A stretch of DNA of 63,844 nucleotides, filler included, from Olpidium bornovanus S191 (taxonomy: Eukaryota; Fungi; Olpidiomycota), in NCBI GenBank assembly GCA_017911155.1. It is 34 parts of 34 records of this genome, joined end to end, with 100 filler letters (N's around TTAATTAATTAA, not from the genome) between each part and the next. Parts side by side here need not be neighbours in the genome. Positions count along the whole stretch, not along the records: positions 25,361 to 27,082 come from JAEFCI010010599.1; positions 27,183 to 28,411 come from JAEFCI010002044.1; positions 28,512 to 29,641 come from JAEFCI010003377.1; positions 29,742 to 31,133 come from JAEFCI010013381.1; positions 31,234 to 32,321 come from JAEFCI010011048.1; positions 32,422 to 35,716 come from JAEFCI010001761.1; positions 35,817 to 37,001 come from JAEFCI010001612.1; positions 37,102 to 38,293 come from JAEFCI010005511.1; 26 more parts are not named here. The stretch is one strand, 5' to 3'. The first letter of the stretch is position 1. Each line of letters opens with the position of its first letter. This document shows positions 25,361 through 37,627 of this stretch, one piece after another. The notes beneath the pieces are model-generated. The model did no database searches and had not been told where the DNA came from. It saw only the letters and a program-made list of their open reading frames with translations. Made by a program: the position numbers and the translations under genes.

Positions 25361-26495
25361 ATCGAGGGCGTGCAACGGCTCATCCGCCCGTTCGAGATGA
25401 ACACGGACCGACTGATGCTGGTTAGCTTTGTGGGACTGGCAGTCAACTTAGTGGGCATTCTCGCCTTCAACCACGGCCATGGCCACGGTCACGGCCACAG
25501 TCATGGTCACAGTCACGGCGGTTGCGGGCATAGCCACGGACCCAACGCGAACATGCAAGGTGTTATAAGGAACATCGTGTTCCTTGGGTTTGACTTTGAG
25601 GTTTAAATTTCGTGGCACCAGTGCGTTTGCTAATCAGGCTCGTCGGTATTGCTTGCCCGCTGAACAGCCGTTTTCCTTCACATCCTCGCCGACACCCTTG
25701 GCTCCATCGGTGTCATAATATCGACTTTCCTGATACACCAGTTCGGGTGGACAGGGTTTGACCCCGTTGCGAGTTTAATAACCGCTGGGCTGATCTTCGC
25801 ATCGGTCGTGCCGCTCGTAACGAGCTCTGCCGCTATCCTGATGAACAGGCCTAGCGTTGACGCCGAGCGGCGGCTGAGGGAGGCGGTGGAAAAGGTGGCA
25901 GAGGTTGATCTGATTTGACGTATTCGCCGCGCCACCTTATCAGAATGCTTCTTTAACGTTTCTTCGACTTCCGTTGATCGGGCGACAGGTCGAGAGCATA
26001 CCTGGCGTTCAAGCTTGCTCTCTAGCAAAGATTTGGCCGCTCGACAACGAGCGATTTGTCGCCACCCTGCACATTCGCGCCGGCACCACGCCGGGCGTCA
26101 CAATTTCGGGACCAACACAGCACCATCAACCGCACGACCACATTCACGACTTGCCGGCCCTTACAATTTCAGGCCCCGCACCGCACCAGCGCAACCACGA
26201 CCACATTCACGACTTGCCGGCCCTCACAATTTCAGGCCCCGCACCGCACCAGCCCAACCACGACCACAATCACGACCACGAACCGGAAGAGAGGCACCAC
26301 CCTGAGCCGAACGCCAGCCCTCTGCAAAACGCGGTGGAGGACGAACAGGTGATCCTCCTCAAGGCGCTGGAAATTATCCGCGCGTCGTGCCCGGAGCTCG
26401 CGGACCTGTGCATTCAAGTGGAGCGCGACGGTGCCGGCGGATTTGCAGACTTTTGTCCGTGCAGGCACGCGAGGTCGACCCTCAAGCAAATTTGA
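25361..26495 (+). CDS. Cation diffusion facilitator Zn transporter (Msc2/ZnT5-7-like), C-terminal half
   Basis: EGVQRL, VSFVGLAVNLVGILAFNHGHGHGHGHSH, NMQG|VFLHILADTLGSIGVIIS, FDPVAS. Confidence 0.93.
26100..26280 (+). repeat. 63-bp coding tandem repeat x3 (His-rich 21-aa unit) in the CDF C-terminal domain
   Basis: acaatttc at 26100, 26163 and 26226; unit TISGPAPHQRNHDHIHDLPAL. Confidence 0.95.
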
Positions 26496-27182
26496 AAAAT
26501 TTTCTCAATTCACGTTTGCCAAAAAAAAAGGAATGCGCAGGGAGCTTCAGCTGCATAAAAGTGGGGGTTTCGTTCCAGCCAGTTTATGTTCAGTCTGTTC
26601 CTCCCCCGGCGAGCACTTTATTACTTCTTCTATTCCGCTGGCACTTTGTTCCAATTTTCCATCGGTTTATTTGCAAGGGCGGCCCATTTTCCGGTGGGGT
26701 GCACCTTTTTGTGCTGCAGACGGGGTTGCTCATTTCTGGTGCGTACACCCCTTGGGGAGGGGGACAGGTGGGGGTCCGAACTGGACTGGGGCCCTTGGTG
26801 CTTTTTTTTCCAGTCGGGCATCTGTCCCGTGCACCCCCCCGGCCCCTTCCTGCCGCCGGTGGCCGCCCCATCCGAAGGAGAGAGGAAATACCGTAATTCT
26901 GGAACCAGGCACATATCTGTTCGGGCCAACCCCGGCCCTGCTGCGCCTGGCTAATTGACAGTTTGCCTAGCGGCCGTAGGCGACGCAAACGTAGTGAAAC
27001 CAGCTGTTTTTAAGAGTCGACGGGGCGGTATGATTTGGGCGGTGGAGAGAAAGAGCAACAATCCGAGCCGCGAACAAACATGNNNNNNNNNNNNNNNNNN
27101 NNNNNNNNNNNNNNNNNNNNNNNNNNTTAATTAATTAANNNNNNNNNNNNNNNNNNNNNNNNNNNNNNNNNNNNNNNNNNNN

Positions 27183-28330
27183 CATGATCTTGCGCTCGAT
27201 TGCGGCGAGGATCGGTGCGCTTCTCCGGCTACGCAAAGCGAAGTCCCATTTACATAAAGGCCTCAGGCGGCAAGCCTTCAATATAAATACGAACTTGGAG
27301 TGCCCCGTTCGCTGCACCTACCGCAAGACGACGACAGCTCGGCTGAAAACCCCGCACGGCAGCGGCACACTTCGCGGGTCGAGCTGTTGGCCCGCAACGG
27401 TTCTCTCCTTGGTGTACGCGGACCCTACCCGCGCCCGGAGGCCCTCGTGGGCGTCCACGTCAACCTGTTCGCCGTGCGCCGCAGCGGTGGCCAACGCCGG
27501 AAACCCGATCAGCGGATTCTTGAGCCTCACTCTGAGTTGCAAGCGGGTGTCCGCCTCGAGCCATAGCCCGGGCGGCAACGGCGGTGTTGTACCGGGAATG
27601 GCTGGTAAGTGGAAACCCCATGGTGTGAGAATGCTTAGCAAGACGACCGGTGTTAGTCGATAACAAGGAAAGTCATCATTCGACCGAGCACATGTCCTCA
27701 CGTGGTTTGTGCGGCCCCGGCAACACCGGCGCCGAGAGACGGAGCTCCGAGACACCTGTGACCAAATCCGCCAAGGCTACCCGGGAGAGGCGGGTTCCGG
27801 CAGATGAATCATGGGATTGGCGAGCAAAGTCGCGCATGGAAAAAGTAAGGGTTCTTACAGAACGTGGCGACTCCAATGTGGCTGAGATCCGCTTTTGGAT
27901 ACGCCAATTCCTGTTCTGAGCAGCGAAACGCATACCGCGAGAGGGGCCAAACACACAAGAGGATGAATGATTGCCCGTGAATGCACAGCGAAAGCAATAG
28001 CGCAAGTTGATATCTGGAAATGTCGGCGACGCCAACTTACCATTCGGCAAACTCCGCTTGTCAACCCGATCTTTTTTTGGGTCGCGTTCGCAGCTACCAG
28101 GCTTGCTTACGGTGTCGGCCCCGGCGGCCTCGGCCCGGGCAAAAATTCTACGATTGCGGTCGTGCACCTCGATCACCAGCCGTTCCCGGAGCAGCCAGCC
28201 CCGCAGACGATCTTCGTCGTGCATTCCGGTCAAGAAGACATAGCGGGATTCGAAATCGAGGTCCGCCGCCTGCCGGACCATTTTAGGGTTCACGCAGACA
28301 CGATCCAGAATCTTGAACTTAACGTACCTG
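27183..28330 (-). CDS. CFAP92: Cilia/flagella-associated protein 92-like (KIAA1257-type), internal exons
   Basis: YVFLTGMHDEDRLRGWLLRERLVIEVHDRN, ALADLVTGVSELRLSAPVLP and LPPGLWLEADTRLQLRVRLKNPL resemble CFAP92 blocks as I recall them. Confidence 0.6.
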
Positions 28331-29747
28331 GAGAGGGTGGCGAAGCCCGAAGGGAGAGAGGGAAAGAGAGAGAAGAAACCGAGGAGGGGAAGGGGGGGGA
28401 GAGAAGAGAGGNNNNNNNNNNNNNNNNNNNNNNNNNNNNNNNNNNNNNNNNNNNNTTAATTAATTAANNNNNNNNNNNNNNNNNNNNNNNNNNNNNNNNN
28501 NNNNNNNNNNNCATGCGCCGCATTCTAAGACACGCTCGTTCGACAGCACGTTTTGGTTCCCCAGCACTCGCGCATCACATTTGTCCGAAGCTAGAACGCC
28601 AATTTTCCCGACTACTCGCCGCCCGCAGCGATTTGCAATTCCCAGCTCGGTTAGACGTATATCTGAACCATTGCGAGGCCGATTACGGCGACGAAAACCG
28701 GCGGACATCTCAGTTCCCCCTGTCCAAGGCCCTGGCAGGACCCGAAGCATGAGCCGGAGCCGGAGCCGCAGCTGGTCGATACGCACATTGCGTCACTCGC
28801 GTTTGGCGTACTTCCGTAAAATGCAGCAGTTAGGCACATTATGTACGCTGCAAACATGGGGCACGTTGTTTATGTTGTGTACATTTTGTACGTTGGACAC
28901 TTCGTTAGGCGAAGTCAGTGCAGCAGCCGGAGCCAGAGTTGAAGCCGGAGCCCGAAGCCGGCAGCTTCCGAATCATTCGTAGATTTGTAGATTTGGGCTC
29001 GGCGAAGCAAAGCGGGAATTTACAGATTAGATTGGCGGAGGAAAGGTGGGAGGGGGAAGGGGAGGCGACGCGTTTGGGGGTAGCGGGTCTGGCCGGTAGT
29101 CTCCTTCTTCTTCCCCACCTTGCACTCCGGCCATGCCCGCCCGACACCACCCGCCGCTGCACCCCCGCTACCCATCTACTCCTCTTTCGGCAACCCCACC
29201 CCCTGTCTAGCTTCCCCCTCCTAATTAAAAACGGACCGAAGACCCCTTCCCCCCCGTCTTACCCTCGTCTCCCGCCTCCTCGCCCTCCCGCTCCTCCCCG
29301 CCTCCCAATCCCGTCGCTGCGCGTTCCCTCTTCCTTTCTCTCGTCCCTTTCAACACGGCCGCTCACTCTCGCGTGTCGCTCGCGGTCTTGCGCGCCGGGG
29401 CGTTTGAAGCCAGCGGCCGGAGAAGGCCACCCAACGCGGCTGGCTAAAATTATTTTCATTCATTACAAACTTCTAGCACAACTGCCGCCGAATGCTATTT
29501 TCTGAAGCATTTTCCACTGATTATAGACTTTCTGCACAATATCGTCTGAAATCTGCTACATTTCAGTGAGCTTCGCTCACTCAGAGATACATTTTTGCTT
29601 TACTGAAGGTTTTAATCAGACCCAATTACCTGATCCCATGCNNNNNNNNNNNNNNNNNNNNNNNNNNNNNNNNNNNNNNNNNNNNTTAATTAATTAANNN
29701 NNNNNNNNNNNNNNNNNNNNNNNNNNNNNNNNNNNNNNNNNACGCGG

Positions 29748-29802
<55 letters not shown>

Positions 29803-31295
29803 AGCTTACCGGCAAGGTTCGTGGGCAGAGGGTTGTTGACCATTGCGTGCTTCCGCCTCCCACACTTTTTTTTTTAATGTTCTTTTTCTTCTTGTTCTTT
29901 CGTTTCTTTTTCCTGATTTTTTTTTTTTTTCCTTTTTCTTTTTTCTTTTTCTCTTTCTTTACTTTTTCGTATTCCGGTATTTTCGCGCCCGGGAAGTTTT
30001 CCGGTTTGGGTTGCGGACGGCGGGGGGGGGGGGGGGGGGGGGGGGGGGGCGCGGGGGGGGGGGGGGGGGGGGGGGGAGGGGGGGCGCGCCAGGGTGGTGG
30101 GGGCCCGCGGGGAGAGAAAGTTTTAGTGTTCGAAATAAAGGGGGAAAAATAAAGGAGAAAGGGTGTACGGGCTGAGCCGCGGGCGCCATAATGCGCGCAC
30201 CCGGCCTTTTTTCACCCCTCGGAAGAGTCATTCGCTACATAAATCGCCCTATATACTAGGCCTGGAAAAGATTTCAGCAGCGTAACGCTCCGAATGCAGA
30301 TCCTCGTTCGGCTCTCTTCTTACGGGCTCGCTGCGGGCTCTCAACAAGCTAAAAATGGCTGCGAGACGGGCAGACTTTAATAGCGAGGAAATTTTGGACT
30401 TGGCTGTCAACAGCCTAACGGGACAAGTTGCCGTCATGTGGCAAAGTCATTCATTGGCAAACTTGGAAGGCACACGCGCTGGAAGTGTTGGGAGGATTTA
30501 CAAAACCCCTCATTGCCACTTAATTCATCATTTTCTTCCGTTGCTCGCTCGGAAGACATAAAGTGGGCATTTCCTCCATTCTCGCATTTTGTCCTTCATA
30601 AATTGCAAAGTCATCCGGTTGTTCAAAAATGCCAAAGTTCCGCCTCTCATCCTCAAATAAATTCATTTCATAATGTAAAAGAAAAAGTGTCAAAGCATCC
30701 TGTTATGACACACGTTTCGAAAAAACGAAACCCATGTTGTACAATCCTCATGAACCAAATCCGTTACCGAGGGGAAGATAATGCCTTTTTGACCCTCGGG
30801 CGAGGGTCTATGATGAGGAGATTAGCCTCCCTTCAAAAGTGAGCGGTTCTACAAATTCTTCTACATACAGCGGGCTTCATGTTCCGATGGCACCCCCGGC
30901 TGTTGAACAGAGAAAGCAACGACAGCCTCAAATTACTTTGCCGACGTCTCGCCCATTGAAATGGATATTGCAACTGCGAGACCGCTTGTGCAACCCATAA
31001 TAGGCCAACAGAACTCTCCGATAATGATTGAACAAAAAGTTCTGCAACTCGCTAATCTAAGTGTTCCTCCAATAGCAGGTGGATATAGCAGAGAACCAAG
31101 CTGCAGCTTCCGCAGGCGTATCAGACAACATGCNNNNNNNNNNNNNNNNNNNNNNNNNNNNNNNNNNNNNNNNNNNNTTAATTAATTAANNNNNNNNNNN
31201 NNNNNNNNNNNNNNNNNNNNNNNNNNNNNNNNNAAAAAAAAGGTAAACAAAAGAAACAAAAGCGGCCCGCTCGCTTTCCAAAAAAAGACAAACAA

Positions 31296-32321
31296 ATGGG
31301 TCAACAAACAAAGGGCACGAGAGCGGAGGATGACCCTCTGAAAGTCGGAAGCCATTTGTTGGCTACACTTGCGTGGGCGGGCACTCGGGGCATCGAACGC
31401 GCCACATTCGACGCGATCACCAAGACGATAACGGTGACGCCGCGGGACGCCGACGTCCCTTTTCGCGCGATGCTAAGTACGGGGTTTTGTTTCGGCACAA
31501 CTCGCCAATGTCGGGGGTTTGTTTCGGCACAACTCGCCAACTCGCCAACTCGCCGTTGTATGGCGCCGTTGTATGGCGTCACTGAATATCGGGTTTTTTT
31601 TACGCAGACGACAAGCGCGGTCGTTTCGAACTCAAAAGTTCACTTCTCAACGAAGAAGACAGAAGCCGCCTGGTCGCGGCAATTCGCGCGCGTCGCCAGC
31701 CGCCGCAGTTCGCACGCCGTTCGCCGAAGAGCGACGGCGGCGGCGCGCCCGAGAAAGCCGAGGAGGCTGAGGAGGCCGAGGAGACCGAGGACGCCGCCGC
31801 AGAGCGCGAGGAGGGCGGGGAGGCCGCAGAGGGCGCCGCACAGGACGGAGAAGGGCAAGCCGAGGTCGGGGCTCGCAAGAAAAAGCCGGGGCCAAAGGAA
31901 CGCGCGGGGGGGGGGGGGGGGGGGGGGCGGGGGGGGCGGGGGGGGGGGGGGAGGGGGGGGGCGGGGGGGGGGGGGGAAAAAAAAAAGGGGGGGGAAAAAG
32001 GGGGGGGGGGGGGGGGGGGGGGGTCCGCTGAAACGTGGTCTGGTGGGTCATACAACCCAGAGCGTACATACCTGCTTTTCTTTACTTACTTTACTTACTA
32101 GAGGTTTGATTCGTTTTAGTCGCGACCCTCAGCAGAGTTATCGTAATTGACGAAACTGCGTTGGACCGCTGCGTCGCCGAACTGCGCGTCGCCCTCGGCG
32201 CGCCAAACGAGGGGCGGCCCATCGCGAACCCGGAATTTGCCGTTGCTCCTGCACGCGCGGCGACCCAAACGGAGATAACGTCGCTCGCCAAGGACATCGG
32301 GGAACTCTCCAAAAACCCCGA
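31296..32321 (+). CDS. Hypothetical multi-exon protein; last visible exon carries an unrecognised domain shared with 60278-60496
   Basis: Exons ~31296-31476, 31609-31900 (acidic linker) and 32120-32321 (SRVIVIDETALDRCVAELRVALGAP...LAKDIGELSKNP). Confidence 0.55.
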
Positions 32322-33154
32322 NNNNNNNNNNNNNNNNNNNNNNNNNNNNNNNNNNNNNNNNNNNNTTAATTAATTAANNNNNNNNNNNNNNNNNNNNNNN
32401 NNNNNNNNNNNNNNNNNNNNNAGGAGAGATACACAAGGGTGGGGGAGGGGGCGGCGCGGGAGAGAAAGAAGAAGAAAAGTAAGGGGGAGAGGAGGGGGAA
32501 GCCGTAAATTTCCTCTTAACCCCCCCCCCCCCCCCCCCCCCCCCACCCCCCCCCCCCCCCCTATCGGGCGTCTTTTGTAAAATTTCTTTTTCTAGATTTT
32601 TTTTTACTTTCCGTTTTTTTAACATACCCTCTCGTGAAAAGTATGAAAATCCCCGAAGTTTTTCCGATCGGCTCCCGAGATCCCCCCCACGCGCGCGCCC
32701 GTCCGGCGAAAGCGGGAGTGGAAGTTGCGTTCGCCGTTCGTTTTGCGGGGGGAAAAATAAGAAAGAAAAAAATTAAGCCCTTCATTCGGCCCCGGCGGCC
32801 CCTCAAACCACCCGAACGTCCGGCCAGATATTCCAAAGGTGTCCGGGTAAAAGGCCCTTTGCGCCCTTCGCCGTATGATTTTAGAACGGGAAGGAGAAAC
32901 TGTTCGGCGGGAAGGGACATCTGAGCCAGGTGGAATTGAACGAAGAACACGGAATACAGAACAGGAAAGGGAGGCCGACACCGGGGGGAGGAAGGAACGT
33001 CTCATCTCTAGTGTACGGGGAGACAAGCAGCGGACTAGCTGAATCTATGTGCAGGATGATTGGACGAACAGGTCCTACGTGGCATGAATTAACCGGCTCG
33101 AGCGGGTCGGCAAAAAACCGCGCAAACGGCACACTCTTGATCGAGTCGAAATTC

Positions 33155-35308
33155 CTAGACGACTTCCCACTGTGACAACAAAAAAAAACGCCTCTGGCTT
33201 CAGACACTGTCGTTCACAGGCTCGGCCTCCAAAAGTTCGTTTTTCAAAAAAAAAAAAAAAAAAAAAAAACAAAAGAAGAAAGAGAGAAAGAAAGAGAGAA
33301 AAAGACCAGGGAAAAAAAATTCCCCACGCGCTCGCCGCTGCTTCCTCACCAAGTCTTCGAAAGCGCAGCAGATCTTCCCGCACGCCACGCTCGCCGACAG
33401 GGGGTACTGGCTGACGCCGATCTTTTCGTCGACGTACGAGTCTGCGAAGTCGTCTTTCCCGTGGGCCATCGCGCCGATCGCCACCACCACGGACTGGTCG
33501 GGAGATACGGTACGGACGTACTGCGACAGCTTCACGCATTTGGCGTCGTACGACAACGCTGAAGAAATTTGTTTTTATCCAACAAACAAAAAGACGGAGG
33601 AGCGAGGGTCACAGCTGGGTTACGAGAGGGACACCTCCGCGCCGAAAAACGACAAATAAAAGGAAAAGAAGAAGGAAAAAAAAAACTCACCGATCTTCTT
33701 GCAATTTGTCGGGAAGTATTGAGATACAGGGTTGGCGACGACTTTGAGGAGCTTTTCCGGGCCGTTCACCGCGCGTATCGAAAGCTTATGCAGCAGCTGA
33801 ACTGATTGTCCCAGGAAAAATAGGGTAAGAAGGCGCGCGCCGGGTTGGGGGAGGGTGGAAGGGCCGAAATCAGCTGAAAAGCTTAAAAAAACAAATGCAC
33901 CGCGCTAACGATCCCCCGACTTGGTCCGGGAAAAAAAATTCTGGCCGCTTTGCTCCTCACCCATCAGGTAAGAGAAACGCTTAAACGTCCGCGGTATGCG
34001 CACGTGGGGGTTGATCTCGATCAGAACGCCCTTGGCAGTATGTATGTAGACTTGCAGTTTGCCGGCCTTGTTGAGAGGGCTGTCCAGCAGCGTGAGGAGG
34101 CACTGCAAACAAATAAAGGGGGCGACGGTGGGGAGAAGAGGGGGTGTGCGTCAGCTACAAGGGCGGAGCGGGCCCCCTCGGCCGCCCGGTTACAAGCAAA
34201 TTGCAGTTCTAGGCGGACCGCTTGGCCGCCCCCGGCTACCGGCAAACTGCAGATCTGGGCGAGTTTGGCAAGTCCTGGTTCACCGTGTTCAGCCAACCGG
34301 CAGGGAAACCAAACCCCCAGTTTTCACCGGGTCGGTAACGCGTCCCTACCGCGCGCCCGGCTTTTCCCGCGGGGCCGTGACAGAAAAAGGAAACCGCTGT
34401 TTTCCGCCCGCGCTCTCCTCTGCAGGTTCTTTTTTTGTGTGTGGGCTTCGTTTGTATGTTTGTCCATGTTGGTCGCCCCCCCGCTTCCCCTCCTCCTCCT
34501 CTTCCTCCTCCTCCTCCTCCTCCCGGCCCGCCTTTCTCACCTGGTGCGTGATGTCGGGGCGGACGTCGGCCACCTCCCTCTTCAGCTTCCTGAGCACGCC
34601 GAAGTGGTCGTCGCAGTTGAGCAGCTGGTACTTTGCGTCCTTGGCCTTGCCGACCTTGAATATCTCGAGGTTCGCGCACTCGAGCACGACGATGACCCGC
34701 TGCGCGGTCTCCCTCTCCGCGGCCGTCTTGGGCACCTTGGGCGCACGCGGGACAAAGGTCGGGTCGTCCTCGGGCAGGTTGCGCTTCCTGGCGTTGCTGC
34801 TGCCGCCGCCGCCGCCGCCGCTCCCGCCGTCCACCGCGTGGTACGCAGGCACCGCGTGGTACGCAGGCACCGCGTGGTACGCAGGCGCCGCGTCGCCCTC
34901 GTCCTCGCGCTCCTCCGCCTCCTCGTCCTCCTCCTCTTCCTGCGCCTCCTCCTCCTCTTCTTCCTCCTTCTGCGCCGCCGCTTCCGCTTCCTCCTCGTTC
35001 TGCACCACCTCCTCCTCTTCCTCCTCATCCTGCGCCACCTCTTCCTCTTCCTGCTCCTCCAACTTCGCTGTTGCCGAGGCCTGCCGCGCGCGGGAGCGCG
35101 GTGCCTCCACCTGCTGCTGCGTCGGCCGCTGCAGCTGCGGCGGCTCCTGCGCCGCTGCCTCGCTCCTGCCGTTCTCCTTCTCCTCGTCCTCCCCCTCGTT
35201 CGCCGTCAGCATCGCCTTCTTCTCCTCCGGCCTCTTCGACTTCTTCTTTTTCAACTTCTTCTTCTCCTCTTTTCGCCGCGGCGGGACGCAGCCGGCCAGA
35301 GGAGACAT
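33155..35308 (-). CDS. EMG1: rRNA small-subunit pseudouridine methyltransferase Emg1/Nep1 with long acidic N-terminal extension
   Basis: [25 protein letters not shown]|[57 protein letters not shown]|WEVV*. Confidence 0.96.
34833..34886 (-). repeat. 18-bp x3 coding repeat (PAYHAV)
   Basis: accgcgtggtacgcaggc x3 on the + strand. Confidence 0.97.
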
Positions 35309-35475
35309 TTGGTGTGGTGCTCGGCTGGGAGGCGCGCGCGGGGGCTTGTGTTTTGCTTGCTCCTTCTTCTTACGCGCGCGCGGGAGAGTTCGGTTTGTTT
35401 CTGGGTCCGGGCCGGAGAGGAGAAAGCGAGCGGGAAGCGAGAGAGACGCGGCGACGGTAAACGTTTTCGTCCTCC

Positions 35476-35533
35476 CGTTCTGGTTCGTTCTTTCGTTCTG
35501 GTTCGTTCTTTCGTTCTGGTTCGTTCTTTCGTT
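35476..35533 (+). repeat. 18-bp x3 tandem repeat upstream of EMG1
   Basis: cgttctggttcgttcttt x3. Confidence 0.95.
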
Positions 35534-35614
35534 TTTTTTCTTCTTCTGAAAAGGAGGAAAAGGGGAACGGGGGCGGAGGGCGGGTTAGGGGAGGGCAAAA
35601 ACTAACTGGCGGGG

Positions 35615-35660
<46 letters not shown>

Positions 35661-35832
35661 AACGAAAAACCCCGGGGGCGGTAGAAGAAACGCGAGACGG
35701 GGGGTGTTCATATCCANNNNNNNNNNNNNNNNNNNNNNNNNNNNNNNNNNNNNNNNNNNNTTAATTAATTAANNNNNNNNNNNNNNNNNNNNNNNNNNNN
35801 NNNNNNNNNNNNNNNNCCCCCCCCCCCCGGGT

Positions 35833-35886
<54 letters not shown>

Positions 35887-36919
35887 CGGAAGGGCGGGAC
35901 GTCTATGTTCTGAATGGGTCGTTTTGTCCGGCAAGAAGTTGTTTCTACGACAGGGCCCGGACGGGTTCACGTCCGGTCGGTGCGCGGATGGCCGGAAGTG
36001 GGGGGGGGGTGGGTGTCTAGCGCGCGGGTTTTCTTTTTTTTCTTTTTTTTTTTTTTTTTTTCCCCCCCCCCCCCTTTTTTTTAAAAAAAAAAGGTAAATC
36101 AAAGGTCGTTGACGGCGAAGACCACGCGCGCCTGCCGCAGCCGCTCCACGAGCACGGCTCCCATGGCGGCCGCCGGGGTGAGGCACCCGCCGCCGTTCCA
36201 CGGGAGAGCGTCGCGGTCCAGGGCGAGGGCGAGTCCGGCTGGAAAGGGCGGGGGAAGAAGGGGGGGGAAAGGAAGAAAAATGAAATGAAACCAAACGGAA
36301 GAGAGAACCGGGAACGGCGGGGCGCGGGGGAGGGGGCGTAAACACAAAAAATGAACAAATAAACAAAAAAAACCACCGCGCGGCGCGATTAATTTCTTCT
36401 GGTTTCTTTTTTTTTTTTTTTGTTTTTTTTTTTTTTTTTTTTTTCCCCCGTTTCCGGCCTTTTGATACCTTCGGCGAGCATTTTCGCGGATTCTCCGTCC
36501 CGGGGCCCGCCGGCCCCGCGCACGACCCCGCGGACGCGGCGTTTCGAGCCGTCGCTCTTTTTTGTTTTTTTTTTTTTTTTTTTTGTTTTCCGGTTGTTGT
36601 TGCACACGCGTGAGGGGAACAAGGTTTTGGGGAGGGGAGGGCGCGGAACGGGGGGAGGAAGCGGATGTGGCGGGAGAAGGGACGTCGAGTGTGGGGCCAT
36701 GGTCAAACACGCGCGCACACCGCCCGCGCGGCAAGAACGACGACAAACGGCCCCCCCCCCTCCCCTTCCTTTCGTAGCCGGGGATGTGCGAAGTGAAAAA
36801 AAAAAAAACAAAAACAAAAAAAGGAGAAAAGAAAAAAAAAGAAACACAAACAAAAAGAAAAAGAAAAAAGAGGAGGGGGGGGGAGAGAGAGAAAAGCGGG
36901 GAGCGACGACGGGGACTCT

Positions 36920-36968
<49 letters not shown>

Positions 36969-37101
36969 CCCCTCCCCCCCCCCCCCCCCCCCCCCCCCCC
37001 CNNNNNNNNNNNNNNNNNNNNNNNNNNNNNNNNNNNNNNNNNNNNTTAATTAATTAANNNNNNNNNNNNNNNNNNNNNNNNNNNNNNNNNNNNNNNNNNN
37101 N

Positions 37102-37627
37102 CGACGATGCATCAGCAGAAACGTCGGAAATTACGCTCCCGGCTGCCATCACGAGGATCCACGTGCTGCCGTTCGACGCGTCAGTGACGTTCGAGAAGCG
37201 CAGGCGGCGGTATGAGGGCATGTTCGACTGCGCGTACCTGTCCAGCTCCATGGCACACCGCGTGCCTGACGTCTTCGGCCTCCTCAAGAAGGAACCGCCT
37301 GCGCCTGGGATTCCGGGCGCTACGCTCATCGTCGAGAACGTGAGGTAACATGGGAAGGGCGGGACGTTGGGGGGGGAGGGGGGGGGGACAGGAGCCACGA
37401 ATCGGCTCTACTCTTTGCCTTGTTGACCAAACGCGCATCGGCTGATTTCGCTTCGGGCCCCGTCGTCCGTCAGGTACATTGTGGACTTCCCTCCAAACGC
37501 CGCCCGCGAGTACGCCAGTAAGGTGAACGAGATGTGCGAAAAGGCCGGGCTCACGGCCGACGCGCAGACCCCAAACTGGGGGGAAAATGCGGATCACGCG
37601 GTGTTTCGGGTCACCCGGTCCGCGTGA
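37102..37627 (+). CDS. DNAAF3: Dynein axonemal assembly factor 3 (PF22)-like, C-terminal two exons
   Basis: RYEGMFDCAYLSSSMAHRV...ATLIVENVR|YIVDF...EYASKVNEMCEKAGL resembles the DNAAF3 C-terminus. Confidence 0.62.

Noticed and set aside
28512-29000. Cys-rich and NVxNVx-patterned short ORFs on the minus strand
   Set aside because: No start/signal context or consistent frame; not supportable as a gene.
30760-31133. AT-richer stop-interrupted frame with SPIEMD, reminiscent of gypsy Gag PMEID
   Set aside because: A single weak motif, with no zinc knuckle, protease or LTR visible.
27183-37627. Apparent grouping of flagellar genes (CFAP92-like and DNAAF3-like)
   Set aside because: Different contigs, no linkage evidence.
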